Source: Eledone cirrhosa (taxonomy: Eukaryota). Taken from it: DNA of 64,000 nucleotides. Location of the stretch: NCBI GenBank assembly GCA_964016885.1, contig OZ024741.1, positions 397,606,001 to 397,670,000 of the forward strand, written 5' to 3'. Below, in pieces: positions 36,081 through 49,490 of the stretch (positions are counted from its first letter, which is position 1; the number at the start of each line of letters is the position of its first letter). A model generated the notes under the pieces. It searched no databases. It was not told the origin of the DNA and saw only the letters and a list, made by a program, of their open reading frames with translations. Made by a program: the position numbers and the translations under genes.

Positions 36081-36211
36081 ATATATACGTTCATATATAT
36101 ATATATATATACGTTCATATATATATATATATACGTTCATATATATATATACACGTTCATATATATATATATATACGTTCATATATATATATATACGTTC
36201 ATATATATATA

Positions 36212-36320
36212 TAGCTCTGCCGTCGGGGTCATACTTGTTCCTATTACCCACTCTACTACCCTAAGTATTGAGTACTCTGGTGCATTATGGTCCATCTGGT
36301 TCTTTACCACAACTCCTTCG

Positions 36321-36323
<3 letters not shown>
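36212..36323 (+). mobile_element. Truncated copy of the 423-605 family
   Basis: Sequence match. Confidence 0.75.
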
Positions 36324-36360
<37 letters not shown>

Positions 36361-36850
36361 TTATGCCTCTCACTCACCAGTCTGTTCTGCCAGATCCACA
36401 ATATGATCAATGGAAAATACTTTAGAGGAGTGCTGTGTATATTAAATAACAAATATGGTGGAATGTCACATGCAAGCATGGACAAATGGACTTTAAACAG
36501 TGATGATGATGATGATATTACATGTCCCATGTCACATAGTGAGAGGAATAACTTTGATCAGGTGTGATCATCCAAGCAATTAGTTGATAAAAACTTTGTT
36601 TAAAATCTAAAAACAATATATAGATATGTAAATATGTTGTTGTTGTTGTTTTTGTTGTTACTATAATTAACTGTTTCAGAATAAAAGCTTATTTGCATAA
36701 ATAATTTACACAATATCTCATGAATAATTAATAAATGAAATACAATACTGAATTAATGAAATCCTTCAATGTGTGAGAGTCTTTGTAATGGTAACAGTGT
36801 GTCATCAAACCTACATTCCTCCACCAAATCAATCTTCTATATATATTGCA

Positions 36851-37472
36851 CTAGCAGATTTACCCGGCGTTGCTCGGGGTTTGAAATTATGCTAAGAATA
36901 TACAGCTAGGAAGTAAAAGAAGAACATTATTTGTCCCCAACCTGTCAAAATAAGCAGAAGTCTTCAATAATTAATGCAAACGAATATTTAGTGCAATCTT
37001 TGTACAGATAAAACTATGCTGATAATGAAGGAAAACACTGAACAGGATGTAGTTATACAAATGATTAAAGACAATACACGTTGCAAATCTGTAAAAAAAA
37101 ACAGGCAGTTTTGCTAAAGTACAAAAAGTTGTAATGAAAGCAGAGTTGTATACAAACGATAATATTAGTGATTTATCTTCAAATGAATGTGATGTTTATA
37201 TTTCTGAAAAGTTGGTTATCTCCCTTTTTTATAAAGATTGTCAATAAAGTTGGTTATCTCCCTTACATCAATTTTGCTACCGATAATTTTGATATCGATT
37301 TTTTATTGCTCAACGTGGATCGATTTGAAAAATGTTTGTGATGTGACAATCTTAGCGACCTGTGCAACGTGCACAGAAAATTTGGTCAAATTCAGTTGGT
37401 AATTGTAAAAGCCTTAAGTATGCAAAGTTGTACACAGACACACACACATCCTCACTTTTATATATATAAAGA
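36851..37472 (-). mobile_element. Non-autonomous Helitron
   Basis: Minus strand A|TCTTTATATATAT...accccgagcaacgccgggtaaatctgCTAG|T. Confidence 0.8.
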
Positions 37473-37948
37473 TTAGTCTTAGTCACATGTTATATTTACT
37501 ACATTGAGGTTGATGAGGTCTCAATAGTTTGAAAACATAATCCTGAAATTGTCAGTTAATGTCCCCCCCCCCCTCCAATTCTGATATTTTTACTCATTCC
37601 CTTTTTCGGGGGTTAAATAGAAATGTAACCCCCAAAATGTATCTTTCTCTGTCAAGTTAATTTGTTCAAGGTATTATCCCCTATGAGAGTATGTATGTAT
37701 GTTTATAGAAGTTTGTGTGTGTGTGTTGGATCGATGAAGGTCCAAGACACACACACACACACACGCAGAAAGAAAGAAAGATGAACATAATTTTATAGTT
37801 GTATATATATGTAGAAGTTTGTTTTTTGTGTGTCTGTGTGTGAGAGAGATAGGGGTGTTTGCATATGTGTGTGTGTGCGAGTGTTCTGTGTCTACATGTA
37901 TGTAAATATTGTCGTGCACACGTGTGTGACAGAGAGAGGTGGGGTTGC

Positions 37949-37982
<34 letters not shown>

Positions 37983-38082
37983 ATGTGTCTATATATATAT
38001 GTGTGTGTGTGTCTATATATATATGTGTGTATGTGTCTATATATATATGTGTATGTGTCTATATATGTGTGTATGTGTCTAT

Positions 38083-39672
38083 ATCATCATCATCATCATC
38101 ATCGTTTAACGTCCGTGTTCCACGTTTGCATGGGTTTGGACGGGGGTTTTCCCACTTGAGGCAAGAGTGATTATCTTGCTTGCATAGGACTGTCTGGCAG
38201 GTTTTCTACAGCTGGATGCCCTTTCTAACACCAACCACATTTACAGTGTGGGGCTGGGAGGTTTTTACCGTGTTGCCTACACGACCACATTACAGCGTGG
38301 ACTATGTCTACACGATCTCATTTGTTTCGGCCTGGATGTTGTGGCACCAACATAACTTTACATTGAAGGAGCGGTGTGGATGGGGTGGGGGGTGGTGGGA
38401 TGGGGGTGTATTTTGTTAGAGATGCCTACTGGCTGTAGTAGGTTTTACTTTGTATTTAGGTAAGGCGGGTCTTCTCTATTACTGAGTGACATTGTCTTGG
38501 AGAGGTGTAAGTGTGTGAGGTCAGAATTTATCAGCTCGTCCCAGGTTTTTCTGGGTCTGCCTATTCCGTAGCTACCGTCTATCTTTATTGCCCTGCACTT
38601 TGTTATACAGCTGTCGTCTTTCATGCGCATCACGTGACCATACCAACGTAGCCTTCTCTCGAGTAAACAACATCTGATCCCTCTTATTTCTAATTTTTTT
38701 CCTTAGTTCGCTTATGCTTTGCCGTTCACGTATGTTACTATTACACATCCAGCGGAGCATGCAAGCTTCGTTCCTCTCTAGTCTGCGTATATCTTCTGCA
38801 CACAATGCCCAGGTCTCACTGCCATGCAACATTGCTGTTCGTATGCAGGCATCATACAACCTGCCTTTCATTCTTAGGGAGAACCCTTTAGCGGCTAATA
38901 GTGGTATAAGCTCTCTGAACTTTTTCCAACCACTTCTGACTCTAGCTACTGTACTTTCAGAGCACCCTCCCCCACTGCTGATTTTGTCGCCCAGGTAACG
39001 GAAGCTGTCCACTATTTCTATAGAACCCTCTGCGCAATTGAAAGAGCTAGTATTTTGTGGGCACTTGCTGCTACTTATTGCACCAGAGCACCGGCCACAT
39101 GTAAAATCTATGTTCTTAGTTAGCTTACCTGTGATCCCACTACATCTTTTATGCACCCATACTTTGCATTTGGGACATAAAATGGAGTTTCTACCTACAC
39201 CTTTCCTACACACTGAGCATGGCCATTTCCCGGAAGGGACCGGCGCCTTATTTTCTTTCCTACAAACTAGAACTTTAGTCTTAGCCAGGTTAATTTTAAG
39301 GCCTTTTGATTCTAGGCCGTGCTTCCATGTTTGGAATTTCTTCTCTAGCTCGGCCATTGATTCAGCTATGAGCGTTAGATCATCTGCGTATAGGAGTTCC
39401 CATGGGCAGCCGGTCTTGAACTCCTCTGTTATAGCCTGAAGGGCAATAATAAATAGAAGGGGGCTAAGAACAGAGCCCTGATGGACACCAACTTTTACGC
39501 TAAACTCTTCACTATATTCGTTGTTAATTCTAACCTTGCTGACTGTTTCTTTATACATGGCTTGTATAGCTCTGACAAGTCATTCGTCAACACCTAGTTT
39601 TCTAAGAGCCCACCAGATAATGGAACGGGGGGGGGGGACTCTGTCAAAGGCTTTCTCCAAGTCAACAAAAGC
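38083..39672 (-). mobile_element. 5'-truncated RTE LINE family A (ORF 38572-39558, frameshifted)
   Basis: RT motifs, PHD-type finger, 3' UTR. Confidence 0.95.
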
Positions 39673-39796
39673 TATATATATATGCGTATGTGTCTATATA
39701 TATATATATATGTGTGTATGTGTATGTGTCTATATATATATATGTGTATGTGTCTATATATATATGTGTATGTGTCTATATATATATATATATATA

Positions 39797-41283
39797 TCAT
39801 CATCTTCATCATCATCATCATCATCATCAGGTTTAGCGTCCGTGTTCCACGCTTGCATGGGTTTGGACGGGAGTTTTCCCACTTGAGGCAAGAGTGGTTG
39901 TCATTGCTCGCATAGGACTGTCTGGCGGGTTTTCTACAGCTGGATGCCCTTCCTAACACCAACCACATTTACAGTGTGGGGCTGGGAGGTTTTTACCGTG
40001 TTGCCTACACGGCCACATTACAGCGTGGACTGTCTGGCGGGTTTTCTACAGCTGGATGCCCTTCCTAACACCAACCACATTTACAGTGTGGGACTGGGAG
40101 GTTTTTACCGTGTTACCTACATGGCCACATTACAGCGTGGACTGTGTGTTTTTTTGTCGTGACACCTACACGATCTCATTTGTTTCGACCTGGATGTTGT
40201 GGCACCAACATAACTTTACATTGAAAGGGGCGGTGTGGATGGGGTGGGGGTGGTGGGACGGGGGTGGTGGGACGGGGGTGTATTTTGTTAGAGATGCCTA
40301 CTGACTGTAGTAGGTTTTACTTTGTATTTAGGTAAGGCGGGTCTTCTCTATTACTGAGTACCACCATAGGTCTTGGTCCAGTGACATTGTCTTGGAGAGG
40401 TGTAAGTGTGTGAGGTCGGAATTTATCAGCTCGTCCCAGGTTTTTCTGGGTCTGCCTACTCCGTGGCTACCGTCTATCTTTATTGCCCTGCACTTTGTTA
40501 TACAGCTATCGTCTTTCATGCGCATCACGTGACCATACCAACGTAGCCTTCTCTCGAGTAAACAACATCTGATCCCTCTTATTTCTAATTTTTTCCTTAG
40601 TTCGTTTATGCTTTGCCGTTCACGTATATTACTATTACACATCCAGCGGAGCATGCAAGCTTCATTCCTCTCTAGTCTGCGTATATCCTCTGCACACAAT
40701 GCCCAGGTCTCACTGCCATGCAACATTGCTGTTCATATGCAGGCATCATACAACCTGCCTTTCATTTTTAGGGAGAACCCTTTAGCGGCTAATAGTGGTA
40801 TAAGCTGTCTAAACTTTTTCCATCCAGTTCTGACTCTAGCTACTGTACTTTCAGAGCACCCTCCCCCACTGCTGATTTTGTCACCCAGGTAATGGAAGCT
40901 GTCCACTATTTCTATAGAACCCTCTGCGCAGTTGAAAGAGCTAGTATTTTTTGGGCACTTGCTGCTACTTATTGCACTAGAGCACCGGCCACATGTAAAA
41001 TCTATGTTCTTAGTTAGCTTACCTGTGATCCCACTACATCTTTTATGCACCCATACGTTGCATTTGGGACATAAAATGGAGTTTCTACCTACGCCTTTCC
41101 TACACACTGAACATGGCCACTTCCCGGAAGGGAGCGCCGCCTTATTTTCTTTCTTACAAACTAGAACTTTAGTCTTAGCCAGGTTAATTTTAAGACCTTT
41201 TGATTCTAGGCCGTGCTTCCATGTTTGCAATTTCTTCTCTAGTTCGGCCATTGATTCAGCTATGAGTGTTAGGTCATCTGCGT
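39797..41283 (-). mobile_element. 5'-truncated RTE LINE family A with duplicated 3' UTR segment
   Basis: ORFs 40733-41251 and 40328-40726; truncation at YADD. Confidence 0.95.
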
Positions 41284-41356
41284 ATATATATTATATATAT
41301 ATATGTGTATGTGTCTATATATATATATATGTGTATGTGTCTCTATATATGTGTAT

Positions 41357-44300
41357 GATAACTTTGATAGGTTTCGGCCAGTATTGGCCCAGGCCATGTC
41401 TAACTTAATAGCACCACCTGGCGAAGTCTTACAAATCAGTGTTTGGGCACCATGGCCCACTCGAGCAGAGAGTTATTGTTTACGGAGGCATATCCGGGTG
41501 TAGGAGGCTTATCTGGGATTTCTCGAAGGAATTTATCCAAAGACTTCTTGAACTTGATGGGGTCTGTCTCTGCTTTGATGTGTGTTGGTTTAATGTTAAA
41601 GAGTGCAGGGCCAATTGAGGCGAAATAATTGTGCTGTATTGTTGTTATGCGAGTGGGATTTTTGTCGTGGGCGGATAGCACGGGGCTCAAGCCTTGGTGT
41701 ACGCTAAAGATGATGCCAACATCATTTGGGCAAAGCTGATGGAATATTTTCCACATCATACAGATAATGTAGCGCTCACGGCGACGTTGAAGAGAATAAA
41801 GTTTGAGCTTTTCTAATCGACCCCAATAGTCAAGGCCTGTCATGCCAACTATCTTTTTTGTAATTGACCTTTTGGGTGCTTCAACTTTCATGATACTTTG
41901 TTTCGTGTGGGGTGACCACAGTGGACAACAGTATTCAAGGTGGGGTCAGGCAAAAGTGGAGAAGAGAAGGACAACAGTGTGGATATCTCTCGACTGGAAA
42001 GTTCTGAGAATCCAGGAACACATTCTGGGGCCATATCAACTTTGCTGTTTATATGAGTTGTCCACAATTACTCCCAGGTCTCTGATGTTATTGGAAGCCA
42101 CCAGAGTTTCACCCGAAGGAAGAGAGTATGGTAGTTTCAGAGCATCCTTTTTTCCAAAGTGGATTAGTTCAAATTTATCCTCATTCAACAGCATATTATT
42201 CATTCTGCCCATTGGATAACAGCCAGTAGGTCTGACTGAAGGCAAGTCCGGTCATCCACCTCATTGATGACCCTTTGAAGCTTGGAATCATCTGCAAAGA
42301 TTCTTATGTTACTGTGTTTTGATGATGTCAGTAATGTAGATGATGAAAAGAAGTGGGCCCAACACAGTGCCTTGTGAGACGCCACTGCGGACTTTGGCAG
42401 GGCTTGATTTTACTCCTTCGACTACAACATGCTGGGTTCTGCCTGTCAGGAAACATTTGATCCACTGTAGTAACCTTCCAGAGACACCAACATTGGATAG
42501 TTTTTTCAGTAGAATCTTTTGATCAACCCTGTCGAAGGCCTTGCTGAAATCAAGGTAGATGACATCAGTTTTGGAGCCCTCTCCCAAGGCTCTCAAAACA
42601 TTGTCAAAGTGATGCAGGAGCTGCGTTAGGCAGTCCCTTCCATTACGGAACCCATGTTGGCTGGAGTTCAGCAGGCCATTGCTTTCAAGAAAGTGGGTTA
42701 TTCGTGATCTCACCACCCTCTCAAATACCTTGATAATATGAGAGGTGAGTGAGATCGGAAGGTAGTTCACTGCAAGGGACTTGTTTCCCTTTTTGAAGAC
42801 TGGGACAGAAAGTTTTCAGGAATATAGCCAGTGTCCAGTGAGTTCCTCTACAGATTAGCAAGAGGAGTTGCAAGTTGGTGTCGACACACCTTCAGGACAT
42901 AAGCAGGGAACCTGTCGGTGTCTACTGCTGAATTGTGTTTAATTTCGTTTATTGCCGCTAAGACATCAGGGGCGCCAAACGTTATGTCTGATATAGTGTG
43001 TTGGGGGTTAATATCACTGATATGGCCCAGATCGGCCATATCAGGGTTGCTGAAAATAGAGCAGTATTGTTTCTGCAGTATCTCGCCCATGGTTTTGGCA
43101 TTGTCCTGGAGTGTGCCATTTTCATCAACTAGGGGCCAACAGTGGATACGGTGACCTTGTGTTTTTTAGCGAATGAGTAGAACACTTTGGGGTTGAGTTT
43201 GATTTTCTCAATGGCCCATCTCTCTTCAGCTATTCTCTGGTTATTGATGATGGTCATCATGCATTGCTGGAGGTTATATTTTTTTGACTCAAGCAGGGTG
43301 ATAGCCATCGAATGTGTGTGTTGCTGTTGGCAGTATTTTAGTGTGTTAATTTTTTTGTTTGTTCTTTTTATTTTTCTGATAATTGTTTTTCTGTTTTGGG
43401 GGACACTACACTTGGTTTTTTTCACAGGTTTTGGTGGGGTGTGTTTTGTACATATATTTGTGACAGTGTATACAAAGATCTGCCAAGATGTTTTGATGTT
43501 GGTGGAAGTGTGTGCGTGTGTAAAAGACCAGTCGACATGTGATAGTTCGTTCATAATTCCACCCCAGTTGGCATTGTAGAGATTCATGTTATCAAATGGG
43601 TGGGCTGGAGAGAGGACCCTGGGATTAGCTTTCGGCTGGTGGAATCTCAGGTTACAAAGAACCATGTCATGGTCTGAGAGAAGGGTTTTTTCCACTGTAA
43701 TATTAGGGATAGTGTTAGTGTCGTTATAAACACTAGATCCAGAATGTTCTTCTGATGCCGTGTTGGTGCAAGGACAAGTTGGGACAAGAAAAACTCATTC
43801 ATGAAGTCAAGAAGTGACTCGACAGCCTCTTTGTCAGTGGTTGAGACTGTGGAGCCTGGTTTCAAACTACATGTAGACCAATCGACACAGGGTAGATTAA
43901 AGTCTCCCATCAAAAGTATGTTGCTAGAATGGCACTGTTTAATAAAGCATTTAATACTGTTGAGGCATTCTTTGAAGCAGATTATGGGGGTCTGTGGTGG
44001 CCTATAGAGCCCAACTAATGTCAGGTCATTGGCTTTATTGTGCACAGTGACTGATTCACAGTATCCATTAGAGAATGTTGTGTTGCCATCTGCCGTAAAG
44101 GAATCATGCAGGAAGATGCCAGTTCCATCCTTCCTTCTGCCAACACGATCCGCACGGATGGTTGTGAAATTTCTCACTCTTACTTCGGCCTCCAAGTGGG
44201 AGTTGTCAAGGTGGGTCTCAGTAAGAATGAAGAAGGGGATGTGAAATGGATGGTTACCAACCCAATCCTCAATGAATTGGGTCTTCCATTTCTGTGCATT

Positions 44301-44410
44301 GATGGATGGGCTGATACCTTGTGTATTGAGTAAGAATGTGGAGGCTAGTGTGGTGGCTGGTTTTGACTGTTGCAGGGGGCTTGTTTTGTGATTGGACTTG
44401 TTTTGTGATT
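41357..44410 (-). mobile_element. Decayed CR1-type LINE ORF2 (APE endonuclease + RT)
   Basis: GLYRPP, LMGDFNLP, NILDLVF; NYLPISLTS, IYLDFSKAFD, GVSQGTVLGPLLF, IFADDSKL, YSLQRRRER; several frameshifts. Confidence 0.9.
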
Positions 44411-45313
44411 GTATGTGTCTATATATATATGTGTGTATGTGTCTATATATATATATATATATGTGTGTATGTGTCTATATATATATGTGTATGTGTCTAT
44501 ATATATGTGTGTGTGTGTGTCTATATATATATATGTGTATGTGTCTATATATATATATATATGTATGTGTCTATATATACATGTGTATGTGTCTATATAT
44601 ATATGTGTATGTGTCTATATATATATATGTGTCTATATATATATACATGTGTATGTGTCTATATATATATACATGTGTATGTGACTATATATATATATAG
44701 TTGTGTGTGTGTCTATATATATATATATATATAGTTGTGTGTGTGTCTATATATATATATGTGTATGTGTCTATATATATATATATATGTGTATGTGTCT
44801 ATATATATATGTGTATGTGTCTATATATATATATGTGTATGTGTCTATATATATATATATGTATGTGTCTATATATATATATATGTATGTGTCTATATAT
44901 GTGTGTATGTGTCTATATATATATGTGTATGTGTCTATATGTGTGTGTCTATATATGTGTGTATGTGTCTATATATGTATATGTGTCTATATATATATGT
45001 GTATGTGTCTATATATGTGTGTATGTGTCTATATATGTGTGTATGTGTCTATATATATATATATATATGTGTATGTGTATGTGTCTATATATACATGTGT
45101 ATGTGTCTATATATATATGTGTATGTGTGTCTATATATATGTGTATATATATATGTGTGTATGCATCTATATATATATATATGTGTGTGTATGTGTCTAT
45201 ATATACATGTGTATGTGTCTATATATATATGTGTATGTGTCTATATATATGTGTATGTGTCTATATATATATATATAAATGTGTGTGTGTATGTGTCTAT
45301 ATATATATATATG

Positions 45314-45344
<31 letters not shown>

Positions 45345-45439
45345 GTATGTGTCTATATATATATGTGTATGTGTCTATATATATATGTGTATGTGTCTAT
45401 ATATATATATGTGTATGTGTCTATATATATATATGTGTA

Positions 45440-45476
<37 letters not shown>

Positions 45477-45582
45477 ATGTGTATATATATATGTGTATGA
45501 GTCTATATATATATGTGTATGTGTCTATATATATATATGTGTATGTGTCTATATATATGTGTGTATGTGTCTATATATATAT
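44410..45582. repeat. (tgtgtatgtgtc(ta)n)n compound satellite
   Basis: Same motif also at 37950-38082, 39673-39796, 41284-41356. Confidence 0.95.
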
Positions 45583-46506
45583 GTGTCCGAAAGTACAGTA
45601 GCTAGAGTCAGAAAAGGATGGAAAAAGTTCAGAGAGTTTATACCACTATTGGCCACTAAAGGTTTCTCTCTAAAAATGAAAGGCAGGCTGTATGATGCCT
45701 GCATACGAACAGTAATATTACATGGCAGTGAGACATGGGCATTGTGTGCAGAGGATATACGCAGACTGGAGAGGAACGAAGCTTGCTTGCTCCGTTGGAG
45801 GTGTAATAGTAATATACGTGAACAGCAAAACATAAATGAACTAAGTGAGAAATTAGGAATAAGAGGGATCAGATGCTGTTTACTCAAGAGAAGATTACGT
45901 TGGTATGGTCACGTGATGTGCATGAAAGACGACAGCTGTATAAAAAAGTGCAGGGCAATCAAAATAGACGGAAGCTACGGAGTAGGTAGACCCAGAAAAA
46001 CCCGGGACGATTTGATAAATTCCGACCTTACACACTTACACCTCTCTAAGACAATGTTACTGGACCGAGATCTTTGGCGCTACGCAGTAATACAGAAGAC
46101 CCGCCTTGCCTAAGTACAAAGCGAAACCTACAGTCAGTAAGCACCTCTTAACCAAAATACACCCCCGTGCCACTACCCCTACCCCCACCGTCATCTACAC
46201 CACCCCTTTCTCTGTAAAGTTGGTACCACAACATCCAGTTCTAAATAAATGAGGTTGTGTAGGTGTCACAACAAAAAAAAAACACAGTCCACGCTGTAAT
46301 GTGGCCGTGTAGGTAACATGGTAAAAACCTCCCAGTCCACACTGTAAACGTGGTTGGTGTTAGGAAGGGCATCCAGCTATAGAAAACCCGCCAGACTGTC
46401 CTGATCAAGACAAGCAATCTTGCCTCAAGTGGGACAATTCCCGTCTAACCCATGCTAGCATGGAAGATGGACCTTAAACGATGATGATGATGATGATGAT
46501 GATGAT
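45583..46506 (+). mobile_element. RTE LINE 3' fragment
   Basis: SESTVARVRKGWKKF...DRDLWR, 3' UTR, (TGA)n tail. Confidence 0.9.
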
Positions 46507-47864
46507 GTGTGTGTCTATATAAATGTGAATATATTCACACAAGTGTGTTCATGTGTGTGTGAGAGGAGAGGGGTGTGTGTGTATATATACGTGTGTGTGT
46601 GTGTCTACATGAATTTGAATATATTCACACGCACAAGCATGTTCACGTGTGTATGTGTGTGAGAGAGAAGGGCGTATATATATGTGTGTGTGTGTGTGTA
46701 TCTCTACCAGAACAGGAATATAATCACACACACACATGTGTGTGTGGGGGGGAAGTGGGGTATTTACATATATATGTGTGAGTGTTTTTATGTGTATGTA
46801 TGTGTGTGTGTTTTTATGTGTGTATGTTTGAATGTTTTTATGTGTGTATGTATGTGTGTGTGTTTTTATGTGTGTATGTGTGTGTGTATGTGTGTATGTA
46901 TGCATGCGTGTTTGGGAAGCGGGGTATTTACATATATATATATGTGTGTGTGTGTGTGTTTTTTTTATGTGTGTATGCGTGTGTGTGTGTGTGTATGTAT
47001 GTGTGTGTTTTTATATGTGTATGTGTGTGTTTTTATATGTGTATGTGTGTGTGTATGTATGTGTATGTGTGTGTGTATGTGTGTGTATGTATGTGTGTGT
47101 GTGTATGTGTGTGTATGCATGTGTGTGCTTCTGAAAACAATATTATTGAATAAAGGCGCAACTTCCTTCTATTTCTGTCGATACAAGTCGGAAAGAGAAC
47201 ATTTTGTGAAAGATTCTCAGACTCTCAGATTCTCAGGTTACCCTCAAGTTTTGTCCCAGACATCTGATAACTAACGACAGCCCTAAAACATTCTGGTTTT
47301 TAATTGAACATTTTAAACACTTGGCATACTCCACGGAATTTATAATTACAAGAAGAATTGTATCGATTTCTTTCATACAAATAAGCAAGAGATGTGTAAA
47401 ATGTGCATTTCGTCCCACCCCTACCCTCTCTTCCTGCCCTGACAATAACTTGGAAACACAAACATCATCTACAAGGGAGGCCTTCTTTATATCTGTGTGT
47501 GTGTCCCCGCATCACTGACTAGCTAAATATAGTTACCAAAATCTCCCTCAAATCAAACACTGCTCTGTTAAAAAAAAAAAAGTAAGGACTTTGGATAATG
47601 TAGTCTTAGATACACTATGGCTGAAAACCAAGATAATGACAATAATAACAATGGGTTCTAAATTAGGCACAAGGCCAGAAATTATTTTTTCTTCTTCTTT
47701 TTTTGGGGTGGGGTGGGGGCAGTACACATGTTACATAGAGTACTCTTAATACAATAGAAATAACAACAAAAAACAACACTGCACAAAGCCAAGTCTCACA
47801 GAACTGTGCTCGGTAATGCAGCAATGACATGCAGTAAAAATAAGACGTTTCTGATTTTAATAAT

Positions 47865-48280
47865 AATTGTTTCTACTTTTTGGTATGGCACAAGGCCAGC
47901 AATTACCCAGTACATTACTGGTACTTTATTTCATCGACCCCGTAAGGATGAAAGGCAAAGTTAACCTCGGCGGGATTTGAACTCAGAATGGCAAGGGCCG
48001 TAACTCTATGCGTCAAAGCATGGCGTCCGACCCTCTACCGATACTGCCAATCCTCCGCCATATTTTAATAATAATGGTTTCTTATATAGGCACAAGGCCA
48101 ACAATTTTGGGGGAAAGGGAAAGTCGGTTAAATCGACCCCAGTGCTGGTACTTTATTTATCAACCCTGTAAGGATGAAAGACAAAGTTAACCTCGACAAG
48201 ATTTGAAGTTAGACTGTAAAGTGCCGTTACTCTATGCTGCACAGCATGGCATCCAACGCTCCACCAATACTACCAATACA
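47865..48280 (-). mobile_element. Two tandem tRNA-derived SINEs
   Basis: Reverse complements of the SINE family at 58210-58620. Confidence 0.8.
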
Positions 48281-48960
48281 ATATTAACAACAACAATGCT
48301 TTGAGATGTTTGTGCAGACAGTTTCAACTAAAGAAAGAACATTTAATTCTTCAATCTAATTTGTTAAAGGTCAGGCTGTTTGTTAGTTTAACGGAAGATA
48401 GAGAGGGAATGAGAGAATGATAGTAGTGGGGTGGGTGGGGGGATTGGGAGTGAGAGAATGATGGTAGTGGGGTGGGGGAGATAGAGAGAGTGAGAGAATG
48501 ATGGTAGTGGGGTTAGGGAAGATAGAGAGTGAGAGAATGATAGTAGTGGGGTGGAGGGAGTGAGAGAATGATAGTAGTGGGGTGAAGGGAAGATAGAGAG
48601 GGAGTGAGAAAATGAAAGTAGTGGGGTGGGAAGAAGTAAATGTTCAGATGAAGTATTTAGTAACAGGAAAACTATCGTTTGTCAAGATAATATTTCACTC
48701 TTGATGGTCACACACACATTTTAAATCCAATTTGAGTAATAAACAACAAAACAAAATTAGTTTTTATTCTCCTAATCTTTAATTAGTGTCAGTCTATGGC
48801 CATACTGGAGCACCACTCTGATTTAGTCGATTAAATCAATCACAGTTCATATTTTTCATGCCTGATATTTATTTTGTCAATCTTCTTAGCTCTTTCTTTT
48901 GTTGTTATTTATTATTTTTTGTTGTTGTTGTTTTTGTTACAAGATATAATTATAAATATA

Positions 48961-49395
48961 GGTAGATTGTTGTTGTTGTTGGTAGTGGTGGTGGTGGTGG
49001 TGGTGGTGGTGGTGGTAGCAGTTGTGGTAATAGTGGTAGTGGTGGTGGTGGTGGTGGTAATAGTGGTTATGGTGGTAGTGGTGGCAGTTGTGGTAATAGT
49101 GGTAGTGATGGTGGTGGTGGTAGTTGTGGTAATAGTGTTAGTGATGGTGGTGGTGGTGGTGGTAATAGTGGTTATGGTGGTGGTGGTGGTGGTAGTTGTA
49201 GTAATAGTGGTAGTGATGGTGTTGGTGATGTTGGTAGTGGTAGTGATGGTGGTTGTGGTGGTGGTTGGTGGTGGTGGTGATAGTGGTAGTGATGGTGGTT
49301 GTGGTGGTGGTTGGTGGTGGTGGTGGTAGTGATGTTGGTAGTGGTAGTGATGGTGGTTGTGGTGGTGGTTGGTGGTGGTGGTGGTGGTAGTGATA
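48961..49395. repeat. (GGT)n-rich microsatellite
   Basis: Direct inspection. Confidence 0.9.
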
Positions 49396-49490
49396 GTAGA
49401 ACAGGCCAAAGTCAACCCTAATCATTCAGATATGTAAGGAAGAGTATTCCAACCATGACAATAACATTTATTTATAGTTTACCTCCAAAG

